A model generated the notes under the pieces. It did not search any database, was not told the origin of the DNA, and saw only the letters and a program-made list of their open reading frames with translations. A DNA stretch of 64,000 nucleotides from Strigamia acuminata (lineage: Eukaryota), in the NCBI GenBank assembly GCA_949358305.1, contig OX442314.1:6200001-6264000 (forward strand), written 5' to 3'. The position numbers were made by a program, and so were the translations under genes. Position 1 is the first letter of the stretch; each line of letters starts with the position of its first letter. Below are positions 24,501 to 35,712 of the stretch, piece by piece.

Positions 24501-27467
24501 TATCGGTGTGCTCCGTGGCGGGACATGTTGTTGGAGGAATTCATTAAAATCGACGACGCTGAAACTGTGCAGAAAAGTGAGGAGTTGGTTGTTAGAAATT
24601 GAGATTTTTATTTAAATTTTGGTTTTGTTTTGTTTGTTTTGTTAGTTATTGATGAATGCAGCGCTATTTACGGCGAGATGAACACCATGTACGATTTGGC
24701 GTTTGCGTTTTTGCGATGCGGACGGAGCCGGGAAGCCAAGAAAATATTTGATGTAACTTGATTAAATACACTTCTAATTGTACACGGGTTTCTAATACCG
24801 TAGGGGCTTCTAATTACGCGCGGGGAAAGGAAAATTTGTGATAAATTCGATTTTTTTTTTAAAAGAAAAATTCGATTTTTTTTTAAAAGAAAAATTCGAT
24901 TTTTTTTTAAAGAAGAATTCGATTTTCTTTTTTAAAAGAAATATTCGATTTTTTTTATAAAAATTCGATTTTTTTTTAAAAGAAAAATTCGATTTTTTTT
25001 TAAAAGAAGAATTCGATTTTTTTTTAAAAGAAGAATTCGATTTTCTTTTTTAAAAGAAATATTCGATTTTTTTTATAAAAATTCGATTTTTTTTTAAAAG
25101 AAAAGTTCGATTTTTTTTTAAAAGAAGAATTCGATTTTCTTTTTTAAAGAAGAATTCGATTTTCTTTTTTAAAGAAATATTCGATTTTCTTTTTTAAAAG
25201 AAATATTCGATTTTTTTTATAAAAATTCGATTTTTTTTTAAAAGAAAAATTCGATTTTTTTTTTAAAAGAAGAATTCGATTTTCTTTTTTAAAAGAAATA
25301 TTCGATTTTCTTTTTTAAAGAAATATTCGATTTTCTTTTTTAAAAGAAATATTCGATTTTTTTTTAGAAAAATTCGATTTTTTTATGATATATTTGATTT
25401 ATTGCTGAAATATTCACTTTATTGATGATAAAATCGATTGATTGATTTATTGTAAATTACTTTAATTTTTTTAAAATTTACTTTTTAGACCAGCGGGGTT
25501 CGCGCGAGACACGGGAGTTTGGACCACGAGTGCCAGCGTTTGATCGAGCGGGACGACGTGGAGACGCTCGAGGAACTCGTCAAAGTGACTCGCGATTTGT
25601 TCGACATCAATCGCGACCGCATGTACTACCACTTATTGGTGGCTTACGGTGAGTTTCGAATTAAATTGAATTAATTAAATTAAATTAAATTAAATGTAAA
25701 TTTAGATAAAAGAAATGACTACGAGAACGCGCTCGACGTGTGGACGTTGATGCAGGACGAGGATCTGAGACCGAGCGAACGCACCCTGGTGTTTCTCGCC
25801 GACATTTTGAAGAGGAACGACCAGCCAGTGCCATTTGCCGTCCCAGAAATCACAGCGGTAATTCAATTTAACTTGAATGAATAATCGCTCGAATCTCATC
25901 ATTTTCTTTGCTAGGAATTGGCGACGAATGCAAAATCGGCGATCCAAGCTGCCATCGCCAACAACGATTTAGGAACAGCGATGAAGATCAACCAAGCGTT
26001 AATAATGCAATATTAATTGATTTATTCATTGTTTGATGCATTTATTTGGATTTGTAGAAACAAATTGAGCAATAAAGTGACGACGGAACACGAATCGAGG
26101 GCTCTCATCGAAGCTTTGGTGCAGAAAGAGCGTTTTAAAGGTGAACAATTGTTCAATTTGTTAAATAAATATCCATTCATTCATTTGTTTTGATTGTCTC
26201 TCTCAGATGCCGTTGAAATGGTGCTACAAGCCGACTGCGAATTGGAATCGCTGAGCGGCGCGTTGCGGCTGCTTTTAGTCAAGCTGGCCGCTCTCGGCGA
26301 CACGGACAACATCGCGAGACTGGAGAAGAAACTGTCGCCAGAGGTGAAGAAGCGCGTGCAGTTTAACAACACGCTCATCCACTCGTTGATTAGCAAGTAG
26401 GATTTATTTTTTGTCGCAAATTCCAATTGCAAATGTTGAATTTGACTGTTTCAGGGACGAGCCGGACGCGGTTCTGAATATGATGCAGGAAGATTTAGGC
26501 AGCGACAGAAGCAACCCGCCCGCCGGCATTCTCTTGCCGTTTCTAAACAAATATCCACACTTGCTCGAGAAAGGTGATAAATGAATTGAATTGAATTTTA
26601 ATTTTTAATTTTAATTTTAATTTTAAAAATTCAAGTGGAGGAATTGGCGCTCGGATATGCGAAACACGATTTGTTCGGAGCGTTGAATTTCGTTTGGGTG
26701 CACTGTTTTGCCAACGAGAAATACGACAAGGCCGACGCCATATTCAAGGTTCGTGTGTTTGTTATTGTTTGCTCGTTTCTTCGATATTAATTAGCTCATC
26801 TTGTATATTTAGCAAACGCCGAGGTTCCAGGAGTCGTTGTCTTTCCGCCACATCGTCGATCACGCCAAGTTGGTTCAGAATGTGAGTTAGTGAAATGCAC
26901 ACTTTTGAAAAGCTGCGATTGGCTGAGAGAGATGTAGCGATGTTTTCGAGGTTTTATCTTTTTTTCATCAATGTATCTCAAAGCATCTCTCAACCAATCA
27001 CAGCGCGTCATGAAAATAATGCGTTCTTGCCACTTGCTAATTGAAAATTAATTTTCTTTAGTTAGTTAATTAATTAATTAATTTGATTATTCTAAAAGGT
27101 GGATATGTTGAAGCGACTCGTGGACGTCGTTAAAACCACGTCACTGCCCTCGCAAGCCACAGCGAGGGTCGTCAGCTGTTTGATGGACGTTCAATGTAAG
27201 ATAAGATAAGATTTCACATTCAGATTTTACATTTCGTTTCGTTCAGGCGCTTTGAACCAATTGGACGGCGCCGAAGCCACGTACAAGGAGGCCAAGACGA
27301 TGGGCGTGGACAGCCTCGTGCACCACAAGAGCGTGCACAAACTGCGCAGTTTGATGACCAGTGCGGGCAGAGACACGTCATTCTTGCCCGACCTGACGAG
27401 CAGCAGTAGCGAGAGCTCCGATTCCGACGCGGATCAGAATAAGCGAAAGAAAACAACGCAAGTTTAG
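18586..27467 (+). CDS. LRPPRC: Leucine-rich PPR-motif-containing protein, mitochondrial (LRPPRC / Drosophila bsf-like), >30 exons
   Basis: N-terminal presequence-like [17 protein letters not shown]. Hallmark PPR segment [16 protein letters not shown]...[52 protein letters not shown]. Later segments [16 protein letters not shown] and WTLMQDEDL. Ser-rich C-terminus with stop at 27467. Confidence 0.93.
19870..20220. repeat. 20-bp intronic minisatellite (cagtaaaattcgatttttca)n
   Basis: Direct reading of near-perfect copies. Confidence 0.95.
21360..22130. repeat. 21-bp intronic minisatellite (ggtctaaaaaatacatttttc)n in two higher-order blocks
   Basis: Direct reading. The spacer ...cacattttttgatctcaaaaagtgggatgatag recurs at ~21660 and ~22066. 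Confidence 0.95.
24843..25385. repeat. ~22-24-bp intronic minisatellite (attcgattttttttaaaagaa..)n
   Basis: Direct reading. Confidence 0.9.
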
Positions 27468-27802
27468 AAGAAGAAAGAAAATATTGTAGACATTTTTTAA
27501 ATATGACAAGTTAGATTTCAAGAGTAAATAAATTAATTCCTTTTCTAATCACGGATCAATATTTATTTCCACATTTTCCACAACATTTGATGCTTCACTC
27601 GTTTACATTCCCACAATTTTTCTTTTTCTCACATTTTCTGGAAGTCACGGACCTCCGACTTACTTCATCTTTGCTCGTGTCTGTCCCGACGCCTCGAATC
27701 TCTGTGCCTCATGCTTTTTTTTGAAAAACAGCGCCATCTGTTGGACGTAAAAGCAACACACGATGCCATTTAATGTTTAATTTACGATTTCCAATTTCCA
27801 AG

Positions 27803-28460
27803 GGATTTATTTCCTCGGGATTTATTTCCACGGGATTTGGATTTATTTCCACGGGATTTGGATTTATTTACACGGGATTTGGATTTATTTACACGGGATT
27901 TGGATTTATTTACACGGGATTTGGATTTATTTACACGGGATGTATTAACACGGGATTTGGATTTATTTACACGGGATTTGGATTTATTTACACGGGATTT
28001 GGATTTATTTACACGGGATTTGGATTTATTTACACGGGATTTGGATTTATTTACACGGGATTTGGATTTATTTACACGGGATTTGGATTTATTTACACGG
28101 GATTTGGATTTATTTACACGGGATTTGGATTTATTTACACGGGATGTATTAACACGGGATTTGGATTTATTTACACGGGATTTGGATTTATTTACACGGG
28201 ATTTGGATTTATTTACACGGGATTTGGATTTATTTACACGGGATTTGGATTTATTTACACGGGATTTGGATTTATTTACACGGGATGTATTAACACGGGA
28301 TTTGGATTTATTTACACGGGATTTGGATTTATTTACACGGGATTTGGATTTATTTACACGGGATTTGGATTTATTTACACGGGATTTGGATTTATTTACA
28401 CGGGATGTATTAACACGGGATTTGGATTTATTTACACGGGATTTAGATTTATTTCCACGA
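27803..28460. repeat. 21-bp minisatellite (acacgggatttggatttattt)n with periodic 15-bp variant units
   Basis: Direct reading; it explains the three overlapping repetitive ORFs. Confidence 0.95.
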
Positions 28461-28842
28461 AATTTCCAGGAAAATGTAGACATTTTTCAAATATGACTTA
28501 TTAGATACGACTTAGACATGATGTGTATGATATACGCGACTTACTTTGTTAGATATGACTGCAATATGACTTAGATAGAAGATGAAATGAATCAATTCCT
28601 TTTCTAATGACGAAGAAATATTTATTTCCACATTTTCCACAACATTTGATGCTTCACGCGTTTACATTTCGCAATTTTTTCTGTTTTTTATCACATTTCC
28701 CAGAGTTTTTCTGTGTTTTAATCACATTTTCCAGAGTCTTGCTGTTTTTTAATCACATTTTCCCAATTTTTCTCTTTTTTTCTCACATTTTCTGGAAGCC
28801 ACGGACCTCCTTCCCTCCGACTTAGTTCACTTCAGTTCATCC

Positions 28843-30390
28843 TTACTCGTGTCTGTCCCGATGCCTCCGATCCCGATCGCGATTGCGGTGCCTCAGATGC
28901 CTCAGATGCCTCAGATATCGATGGCTCAGAGACCCGTGCCTCCGATCGCCGTGCCTCAGAGGATCCCCGTGCCTCGAATCCGACCTCCGCTCACTTCCCT
29001 TCTGGCTCCCTCTCCCTCTCCCTCTCCCTCTCGTCCTCGACTTCTCTCTCTCTCTATCAGGAGTCGACGGCCTCGCTTTGCGCAATCGCCTCTGCACCGA
29101 TGGCTTCTGACCCGGCCGTTGGCCCGGCGCCAAACTCGGTTTGCGCACGCGCCTCTGAATCTGCGTGCCGCCGTCGCGCGACGGCCTCTTGGACGGCCTC
29201 CGCCTTTGAATCGTGGACCTCGTCACCGGTTTATGAACCCGCCTCTGCACCGTCGCCCTGCGCTCCGGCGTCGGTCTCCGCACTCGCCTCTGCACCGTCG
29301 CCCGCCTGTACGGCGACTGTCTCTGCACTCGCCTCTGAATCGATCTGTGCACGGCCGACGATTCCTCGAACGTATTCGTCGGTCGATTGGTCTTGAGAAA
29401 TGGCCCCTCTCTCTGTACTGGTCCGTGGCCCGGCTTCTTTACTGGTCCGTGGCCTGGTTTCTGTCCTGGTCCGTGGCCTACCTTGCGTACTGGCTTATTC
29501 TGTACTGGCCTTCGTACTGGTCTGTGGTAGCTCGGTCTCTCTCTTTTTAGTGCTCCGTAGTCGGGCCGCTTTGCTGGTCTGCGCCTGGGCCTGCGCACAG
29601 ATCTGCGCACGTGTCTGTACACCGACTCGCGCCCGTGCCTGTGGATGTGCACCGACGTGCTCGAGTTGCTGTCGAACGATCTGCGCAGCGTGCAGTCGTT
29701 TAATCTGTTTCTGCGTTTGCGCCACTTGTCCGCTTTGCTGCTGCGTTCCGAGCCCTGCACCGATTTCTTGAACGAACTCGGCACTGATTTGTCGAACGAA
29801 CTCTCCGACGTAATCCGCTCCAGTCGCTTCGCTTTACGCTTGCGCCATTTGTTGTCCGATCTGTGCGCGTAGGAACTGCGATTCGTCGTGTCGACCGAAC
29901 TCTCGAACGATTCCCCGTGGCCGTAGAACAATCTCTTGACGGAATTCTCCACCGACAAACTATCGTCCGATTTGCGTCTTTTATGCCGGTTCAGGCTCCG
30001 CTTGCGCTTCTTGTACGAACTTCTAAACGAACTTGGCAACGATCTGTCGACGGAACTGCCGACCGACGCGCCCCTTTTCGCCGCTTTGCGCTTCGGCTTT
30101 TGCTCCGGCTTGTGGCTGTTCGCCGATTTGCGACTCGTCCTTTCCACCGATTTGCGCACTGGCTGCCGCACCGGTTTGTTGATGCGCTTCTTCACCGCTT
30201 TTTTCACTTTCCGCTTCTTAACTGCTTTTTTGCCGGCCTTTCCAGCTTGTGCGTGCACGGACTTGCGACGTTGCCGGCCTCCAGGTCCTCCAGGCCCACC
30301 AGGCCCGTTATTTAGTTCCCAAACCGACCACGACCCCGAAACTGGCTCCTCCTGTCCGCTGGTCCCCGAACTGGCCCCCGAACAGGCCAC
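28843..30390 (-). CDS. Long intronless, highly basic Arg/Lys/Ser-rich ORF (515 codons), possibly protamine-like/sperm nuclear basic protein; start codon unresolved
   Basis: GC-rich 1.5-kb ORF in AT-rich surroundings, with internal repeats (KPGHGP, RRATVQRRV, DKWRKR, RHLRH). It has no ATG in frame and a stop 8 codons upstream of the GTG. Confidence 0.5.
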   Translation of the reverse strand: MACSGASSGTSGQEEPVSGSWSVWELNNGPGGPGGPGGRQRRKSVHAQAGKAGKKAVKKRKVKKAVKKRINKPVRQPVRKSVERTSRKSANSHKPEQKPKRKAAKRGASVGSSVDRSLPSSFRSSYKKRKRSLNRHKRRKSDDSLSVENSVKRLFYGHGESFESSVDTTNRSSYAHRSDNKWRKRKAKRLERITSESSFDKSVPSSFKKSVQGSERSSKADKWRKRRNRLNDCTLRRSFDSNSSTSVHIHRHGRESVYRHVRRSVRRPRRRPAKRPDYGALKRERPSYHRPVRRPVQNKPVRKVGHGPGQKPGHGPVKKPGHGPVQREGPFLKTNRPTNTFEESSAVHRSIQRRVQRQSPYRRATVQRRVRRPTPERRATVQRRVHKPVTRSTIQRRRPSKRPSRDGGTQIQRRVRKPSLAPGQRPGQKPSVQRRLRKARPSTPDREREKSRTRGRGRGRGSQKGSERRSDSRHGDPLRHGDRRHGSLSHRYLRHLRHLRHRNRDRDRRHRDRHE

Positions 30391-30759
30391 GACCTCGAAA
30401 ATTGTTGTTGTTTATTGGTAATATGAAATGAGCCTCGATTTCGCCACCACCTCGAAACTGGCCCGACTACTGGCACGCTACTGGACCTTTGATTACTGGT
30501 TTTGGTGTCGTGATTTTTGGATTGACCATGGCCACGGACCCGTCCCCTAAATCCTAGGAACAGTTCCCAAATTGGCCAGTATGAGAACAGTCCCTACATA
30601 CTGGCCCTAGAACTGGCCCTATTCATGTGTACAGAATGTTGCTAAGCGACCGTAGCGATTCATTGTTTCTAGTCGCAGGGCGGAACTTTAAGCTGGAATA
30701 ATTGAGGTCGTTTTTTCGAGTAAAAATTTAAAATTTATTTTTTATTTTTGTACAATATT

Positions 30760-32007
30760 TTATCTGTGGGGAAACACTTGTCGGACATTTAGATTCAATC
30801 TCGATTGCGCGATGCAGTTCTTTACGTGGATCCATTCGGGCCTTTCGTGCTCGTGGTTGTCAATTTCGAGCCACGGTGTCGCTCCGCTCGATAAAACCCT
30901 AGGAACTGCGTGGTACGACAAACGTGATTGGCCGCTCATCACCACGACGTCACCGCTGTTCAGCAAAATGGCCGACGGTTCCTCGTTCGTCGTTTGGCCG
31001 CCCAAAAGAAATATCGCGGGCGAACCAAAACTAAAAAATAAAATAAAACAAAATAAATAAATAAGTAATTATATATTTTTTTTTACTCTTTAAACCTAAT
31101 AGAAAATAAAGGCGCGTCTAAATCGAATTCGGAACGGTCCACGTGACCAGCTAAAGTCGAATCCAAGTGATAGAAATTCACAATGGCCGCCTCGGCAAAA
31201 TAAGGCGGAAATTGCAGTATTTTCGCGAAAAATCGAGTTAGAGATGCAAGATCGATCGGAAACGGCGTGTGATGATCGAGAGAATAAACCTGCAGTTAAA
31301 AAAAAACGAAAATAATCAATTTTTCTCGCTTTTTATTCGGTTTTTTCAATTTTTTCTTGTATACTTTTGTGTCCCAATTGTGATGATAACCCAATGTCGT
31401 CCATCTGAGGTATTTCCACGTGTGTACGGCATTCCTGGCGCATTAAAATCGAGTTTTACATTGAATTAATCGGGAAATATTGTTCATTTATTCTCATACT
31501 TTGACCAAATGTGTTTTTTCCCGGTTTTATTTACATCCAAGTTGGTGACGTTTGGGGCATTTGGGTAATCCAAATAGCACCTTTGGATCCAATATTGCTG
31601 ACCAGCAGCCGTAAATGGATTGGTAATAAATATTAAACCTAAATTAAAGTGAAAATTAATTGAAATTTGATGAAAATTACAATTTTTTCGATTTATTTTT
31701 GCCTTCGTGTTTGTTTGATTTGTAAATTTTCCATTCCGAAGGAGAAATTAAGCCGATTTCGTCTAGTTCTGAGCGTTCAATCTCACGGGAGTCGAAATTA
31801 TGTGGAAAAATGTGAAAGTCATGTTTCTGTAAATAAAATTGAAAAATAATTAAATACATGTGAAATGATGATAATTTTATTATTTAATTTTTTTACTTCC
31901 GGGTCTTGATCCGTTAAATTGACTACACGAGATAAATCGGGCGAATCGACTTTCCTCTTGTAATATTTAAAAACCTTTTTAAAATTGTTGATTTCACTGG
32001 AAGTCAT
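30760..32007 (-). CDS. ALKBH1: Nucleic acid dioxygenase ALKBH1 (AlkB homolog 1), multi-exon
   Basis: FKKVFKYYKRK N-terminus; LRWTTLGYHHNWDTK; AEAAIVNFYHLDSTLAGHVDRSE (HxD); SFGSPAIFLLGG; SGDVVVMSG..YHAVPRV; RLNLNVRQV. Confidence 0.93.
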
Positions 32008-32165
32008 TTAATATGTTTAGCACCAACGAGCAAATTCAAGCAGACGGCCATTTGTAATTTAAAATGATGTTCCGATAATCCTGAAATCAATCTTATGACG
32101 TCAGAAAAAATGATAAAATCTGTGATAAGTCGATGGAATTTGACGTTTTTATGTTTAATTTAAAG

Positions 32166-32636
32166 ATGGCGGATCACTCGGACCACTGCTTGATGCACAG
32201 GGTGAGAAATCGTTTTATTTTTCGATGTTAAATAAAAGTTTTAATCGCAAACATTTTATTTTTAAGATCGCTGAAGCGAAAACCACGATAGATGAAAGCC
32301 AAAGGATTGTAGATCTTCTGGAAAAAAAGTTACAGCAAAGTCTATTACCGGAGAGTGAAAGGTGCTCGTTTTGAAATTAATTTGTATTTGTTTATCAATT
32401 TTTAATGTTTACAGAAATGGTATCATGAAGGAATTGACCGAAATCAAAAGGGAGTTATGTAAAAAAGGTTTGAAAATTTTAAAGTAAAAATTATTTATCG
32501 AATTTTAATTTTTTTTCTGTTCTGAAATTTTATTTTAGAAAGAAGTCTCGAATCGTTCCACCAATGGAGTCGGAAATCACATCTGCTCGTTTTCTTCGTG
32601 GTTTTTGTTATTTTCATGACATATTTATTTAGCTAG
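32166..32636 (+). CDS. CCDC167: Small coiled-coil, tail-anchored protein, CCDC167-like (4 exons, ~93 aa)
   Basis: Spliced product MADHSDHCLMHRIAEAKTTIDESQRIVDLLEKKLQQSLLPESERNGIMKELTEIKRELCKKERSLESFHQWSRKSHLLVFFVVFVIFMTYLFS. Size, coiled coil and C-terminal TM resemble CCDC167. Confidence 0.65.
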
Positions 32637-33124
32637 AAATCAATTTGTAAAAAAAAATTCACATTTTTCTACGGCGCTTTTGCTAAAAAAAAAAATTATT
32701 TTTTTAAAAAAAATAAATAAAAATCGTGAAAAAACTTAAAAAAGTCGTCAGAAAATGTTAAAATTCACATTTAAAATAGTTAATCCAAGCAATTCCAATC
32801 AAATTTATGCAAATTTAATCAAAAAACATAAAAAAATAAAAATAAATACTCTTGAACCTGGATCAGAAACAAAAATATCACAAAATTAATGATAAAATAT
32901 CTCAAAATACAAAGAAAAAGAATTATTAAAAAATTAATTCACTAAAATTCAATTTATATGAATAAAACACACCCAAAAGTGAAAATCCGCAAAACACGTG
33001 CACGAAGTGTCATATGATGCGCCACCTTACGTTCACAGTCTTAGCCCGGCGTTTTCCCTGGTCAAAAATAGAAAACATGGAATTCCGTTAGACTTCGAAC
33101 CGAGTGTCAATTCACCAGGCAAAA

Positions 33125-35175
33125 ATGGAGCGGAGAAGCGCGAGAAATTACAAAACTTTGGCCGAAAACAAGAAAAAGGAACAGCTAAAAAGGGCCGCAA
33201 AGGACGACGACGAAGGAAACTTGGTCAAAAAAATGGTAAAAAAAATACCAAAAATTCCAGACCGACTAATTAAACTTATTAATTAAGTTAAATCAATTTT
33301 TATTAGAGAAAACCTCTCGTGGATCGAAGTAAACAGAACCCGCCATTGCAGTTGCAGCACACTCTTGCTAACCCTAACGTGAGAGTGTTGCGGAATAAAG
33401 TCATTTTGATTAAAAATCCACCGGGTAATATAAAAAAAATTGAAATAACATTTTAAAAAATATTTAATGTTGTGTTTTTATTAATTTTTAGCCGCGAAAA
33501 CGAGACGGAATAATAATAATAATAATAAAGCGGAAAATGTTGCGCAGAAAGTGCAGCGTCGATTTCGACCGATCACGGTCGCGGATTTGATTGGGGAAGA
33601 AGCAATTCTTAGTCAATTTAGTTGTTTTAAAGGTTAAATTTATCGTTTTATTTGTCAATTAGTTGATTTTTAATCTGTTTTTAATTTTTAGATGATTGTT
33701 GTTCGAAGAAATTATGCGTAAAGGTGAAATTACCGGAGAAAATGAAGTTGCTGCCGCAAAAATTCAATTTTTCGAGCCATCTTGATGGTCAGGATTTAAC
33801 CGAGGATATCATGGAATATTTGTTTAATTTAGAAGTTCGCCGGCAAATGTCGCACGATTATTTTTTAATGGAGATATCGTGTATTTCCAGTCATATGAGA
33901 GCGGTTCTTATCGCCTGGCTGATCGAAATTCAAGTATTTGAGCAGAACATTGCGTTTTGTTTGGAAATTGTTTATAAATATTTTGTTTGTTTAGGATTCT
34001 CTGGGTCTCACGCAAGAAACGCTTTACCTCACTGTCATGGTTGTGGATCGGATTTTGTGCATGAACGAGTTGTCGCTGAATGTTTTGCAGTTGTTGGGAA
34101 TTGCGGCGTTGTTTCTAATCGCCAAATTAGAGGAACGATTTCCACCAGAGGTAAAAATGGGATGGACGGAAAAAATGTTTTATTTTAAATACAAGTGTGC
34201 ATTTTTTACAAAAACAGACATTTTTCATGCAAATGCTTCTTTTTTATGCAAATACATCTTTTTCTTGCAGAAATAACATTAAAAAGGTTATTTTCCATGC
34301 AAAAATGGACATAAATCGTGCAAATACACATTTTTCTTTCAAAAATGGATATTTTTCCTGCAAAAAAAGGACATTTTTCATGCAGAAAGTGCAAAAAAGT
34401 TATTTTCAGAGAAATTAATGTTTAATAAATATAAATTTTCAGGTCAGAAAATTGGTTTCTCTTACAAATAACTACTACACGTATACGCATTTGATTCTAA
34501 TGGAGAGATACATTTTGAGGAAACTGAAATTCGATTTGATAATGGCCGAACCAATGTGTTTTTTGAATAGGTTTATTCAAAACGTCAAAAACGCCACCAC
34601 TGTGAGTACCAAACACAGAATCATTGATTAGTCAAACTTTTTTTCTTTTTAAATGTGCAGGTCAAGTATTTAAGCATGTATTTCTTGGACACGTTTTTGC
34701 TGAACAAGGAATCGGCGGTGCTGTTGCCCTCGCATTTATCCGCCGCCGCTTTCTGGCTGTCGTGCTGCGTCGTGTTCGGTCCACGGGCAGACACGTGGGA
34801 AAGCGTCCTCGCCTACTATTTCACCAACTGTGACGACCTCAACGAGATCGGCTTGAAAATGCTCACGTTTTTACTCAAAGTCGAGAATTCTCCATACCAA
34901 GTAAATTTCACTCAGAAAAATTAATTAAATTTCCAAAATTTAATTTTCAAAATTAAATTTCCAAAATTAAATTTTGAAAATTAAATTTTCAAAGTTAAAT
35001 TTTGAAAATTTTGAAAATTTTCAAAATTAATCTTTTTGGATTCTAGGCTGTCAAAGAGAAGTATAGCTGCAAGTCTAAATTCGGAGGTGTAAGTGTGATG
35101 CCTGAAATGGCGACCGGTCCGTTGCAAGCACTCTTCAAAGTGATATCGAAACAGGGCAAATCCACTCGTGTGTAA
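33125..35175 (+). CDS. B-type (G2/mitotic) cyclin-like protein
   Basis: D-box-like RKPLVDRSKQN; cyclin box MRAVLIAWLIEIQ, ETLYLTV..DR, LQLLGIAALFLIAKLEERFPPE, MERYILRKLKFDL; C-terminal AVKEKY; TAA at 35173-35175. Confidence 0.88.
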
Positions 35176-35712
35176 ATGTAACTTATTGGAAAAACAAAAC
35201 AAATGTGTTGAATCATGAAGATGAGGATAAATAATAAGAATAATTTCCTTCGTTCTATTTGTATTTTTCTTTTATATGTCAATGTGTTAGTAATAACTCT
35301 CTAGAAAAACAGTTTGACTCGAATGAAGTAAACAGAACAATATTTTAAGCCATTTCTAAGTCCAAATTTATTCGATTTACGAAAAACAACAAAATAAAAG
35401 CATTAGGCCATTGCGTTATTACGACGCCATTACGAGATAAAAACAAAGGGGAATCGTGCACCCGTTAGCGCAGTTTCCATAGCAACGAAAGAAACATCTC
35501 AGAAAATGGCGCGTGAATGTTTAGTTTTAATTTAACCAATCCATCGAGTCAATCTGCTTCGAAAAATCATGGCAAATAACAAAACTGAACGCCATCTTTA
35601 TTTTATTACCGTATGCTATATTTACAAATGATTTTCTGTACAACAAAAAAACACAAAAGAAAGAAAGAAAGATTAGAAAAAAAAGACAAACAAAAATAAT
35701 AATTTCTTCAAT

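Noticed and set aside
27773..28504. Three long repetitive ORFs (GFGFIYT, RVNKSKS, DLDLFTR)
   Set aside because: Translations of a stop-free 21-bp minisatellite, open in several frames and on both strands.
28849..30421. Plus-strand ORFs of 98-233 aa
   Set aside because: Antisense shadows of the GC-rich basic ORF; they are shorter and fragmented.
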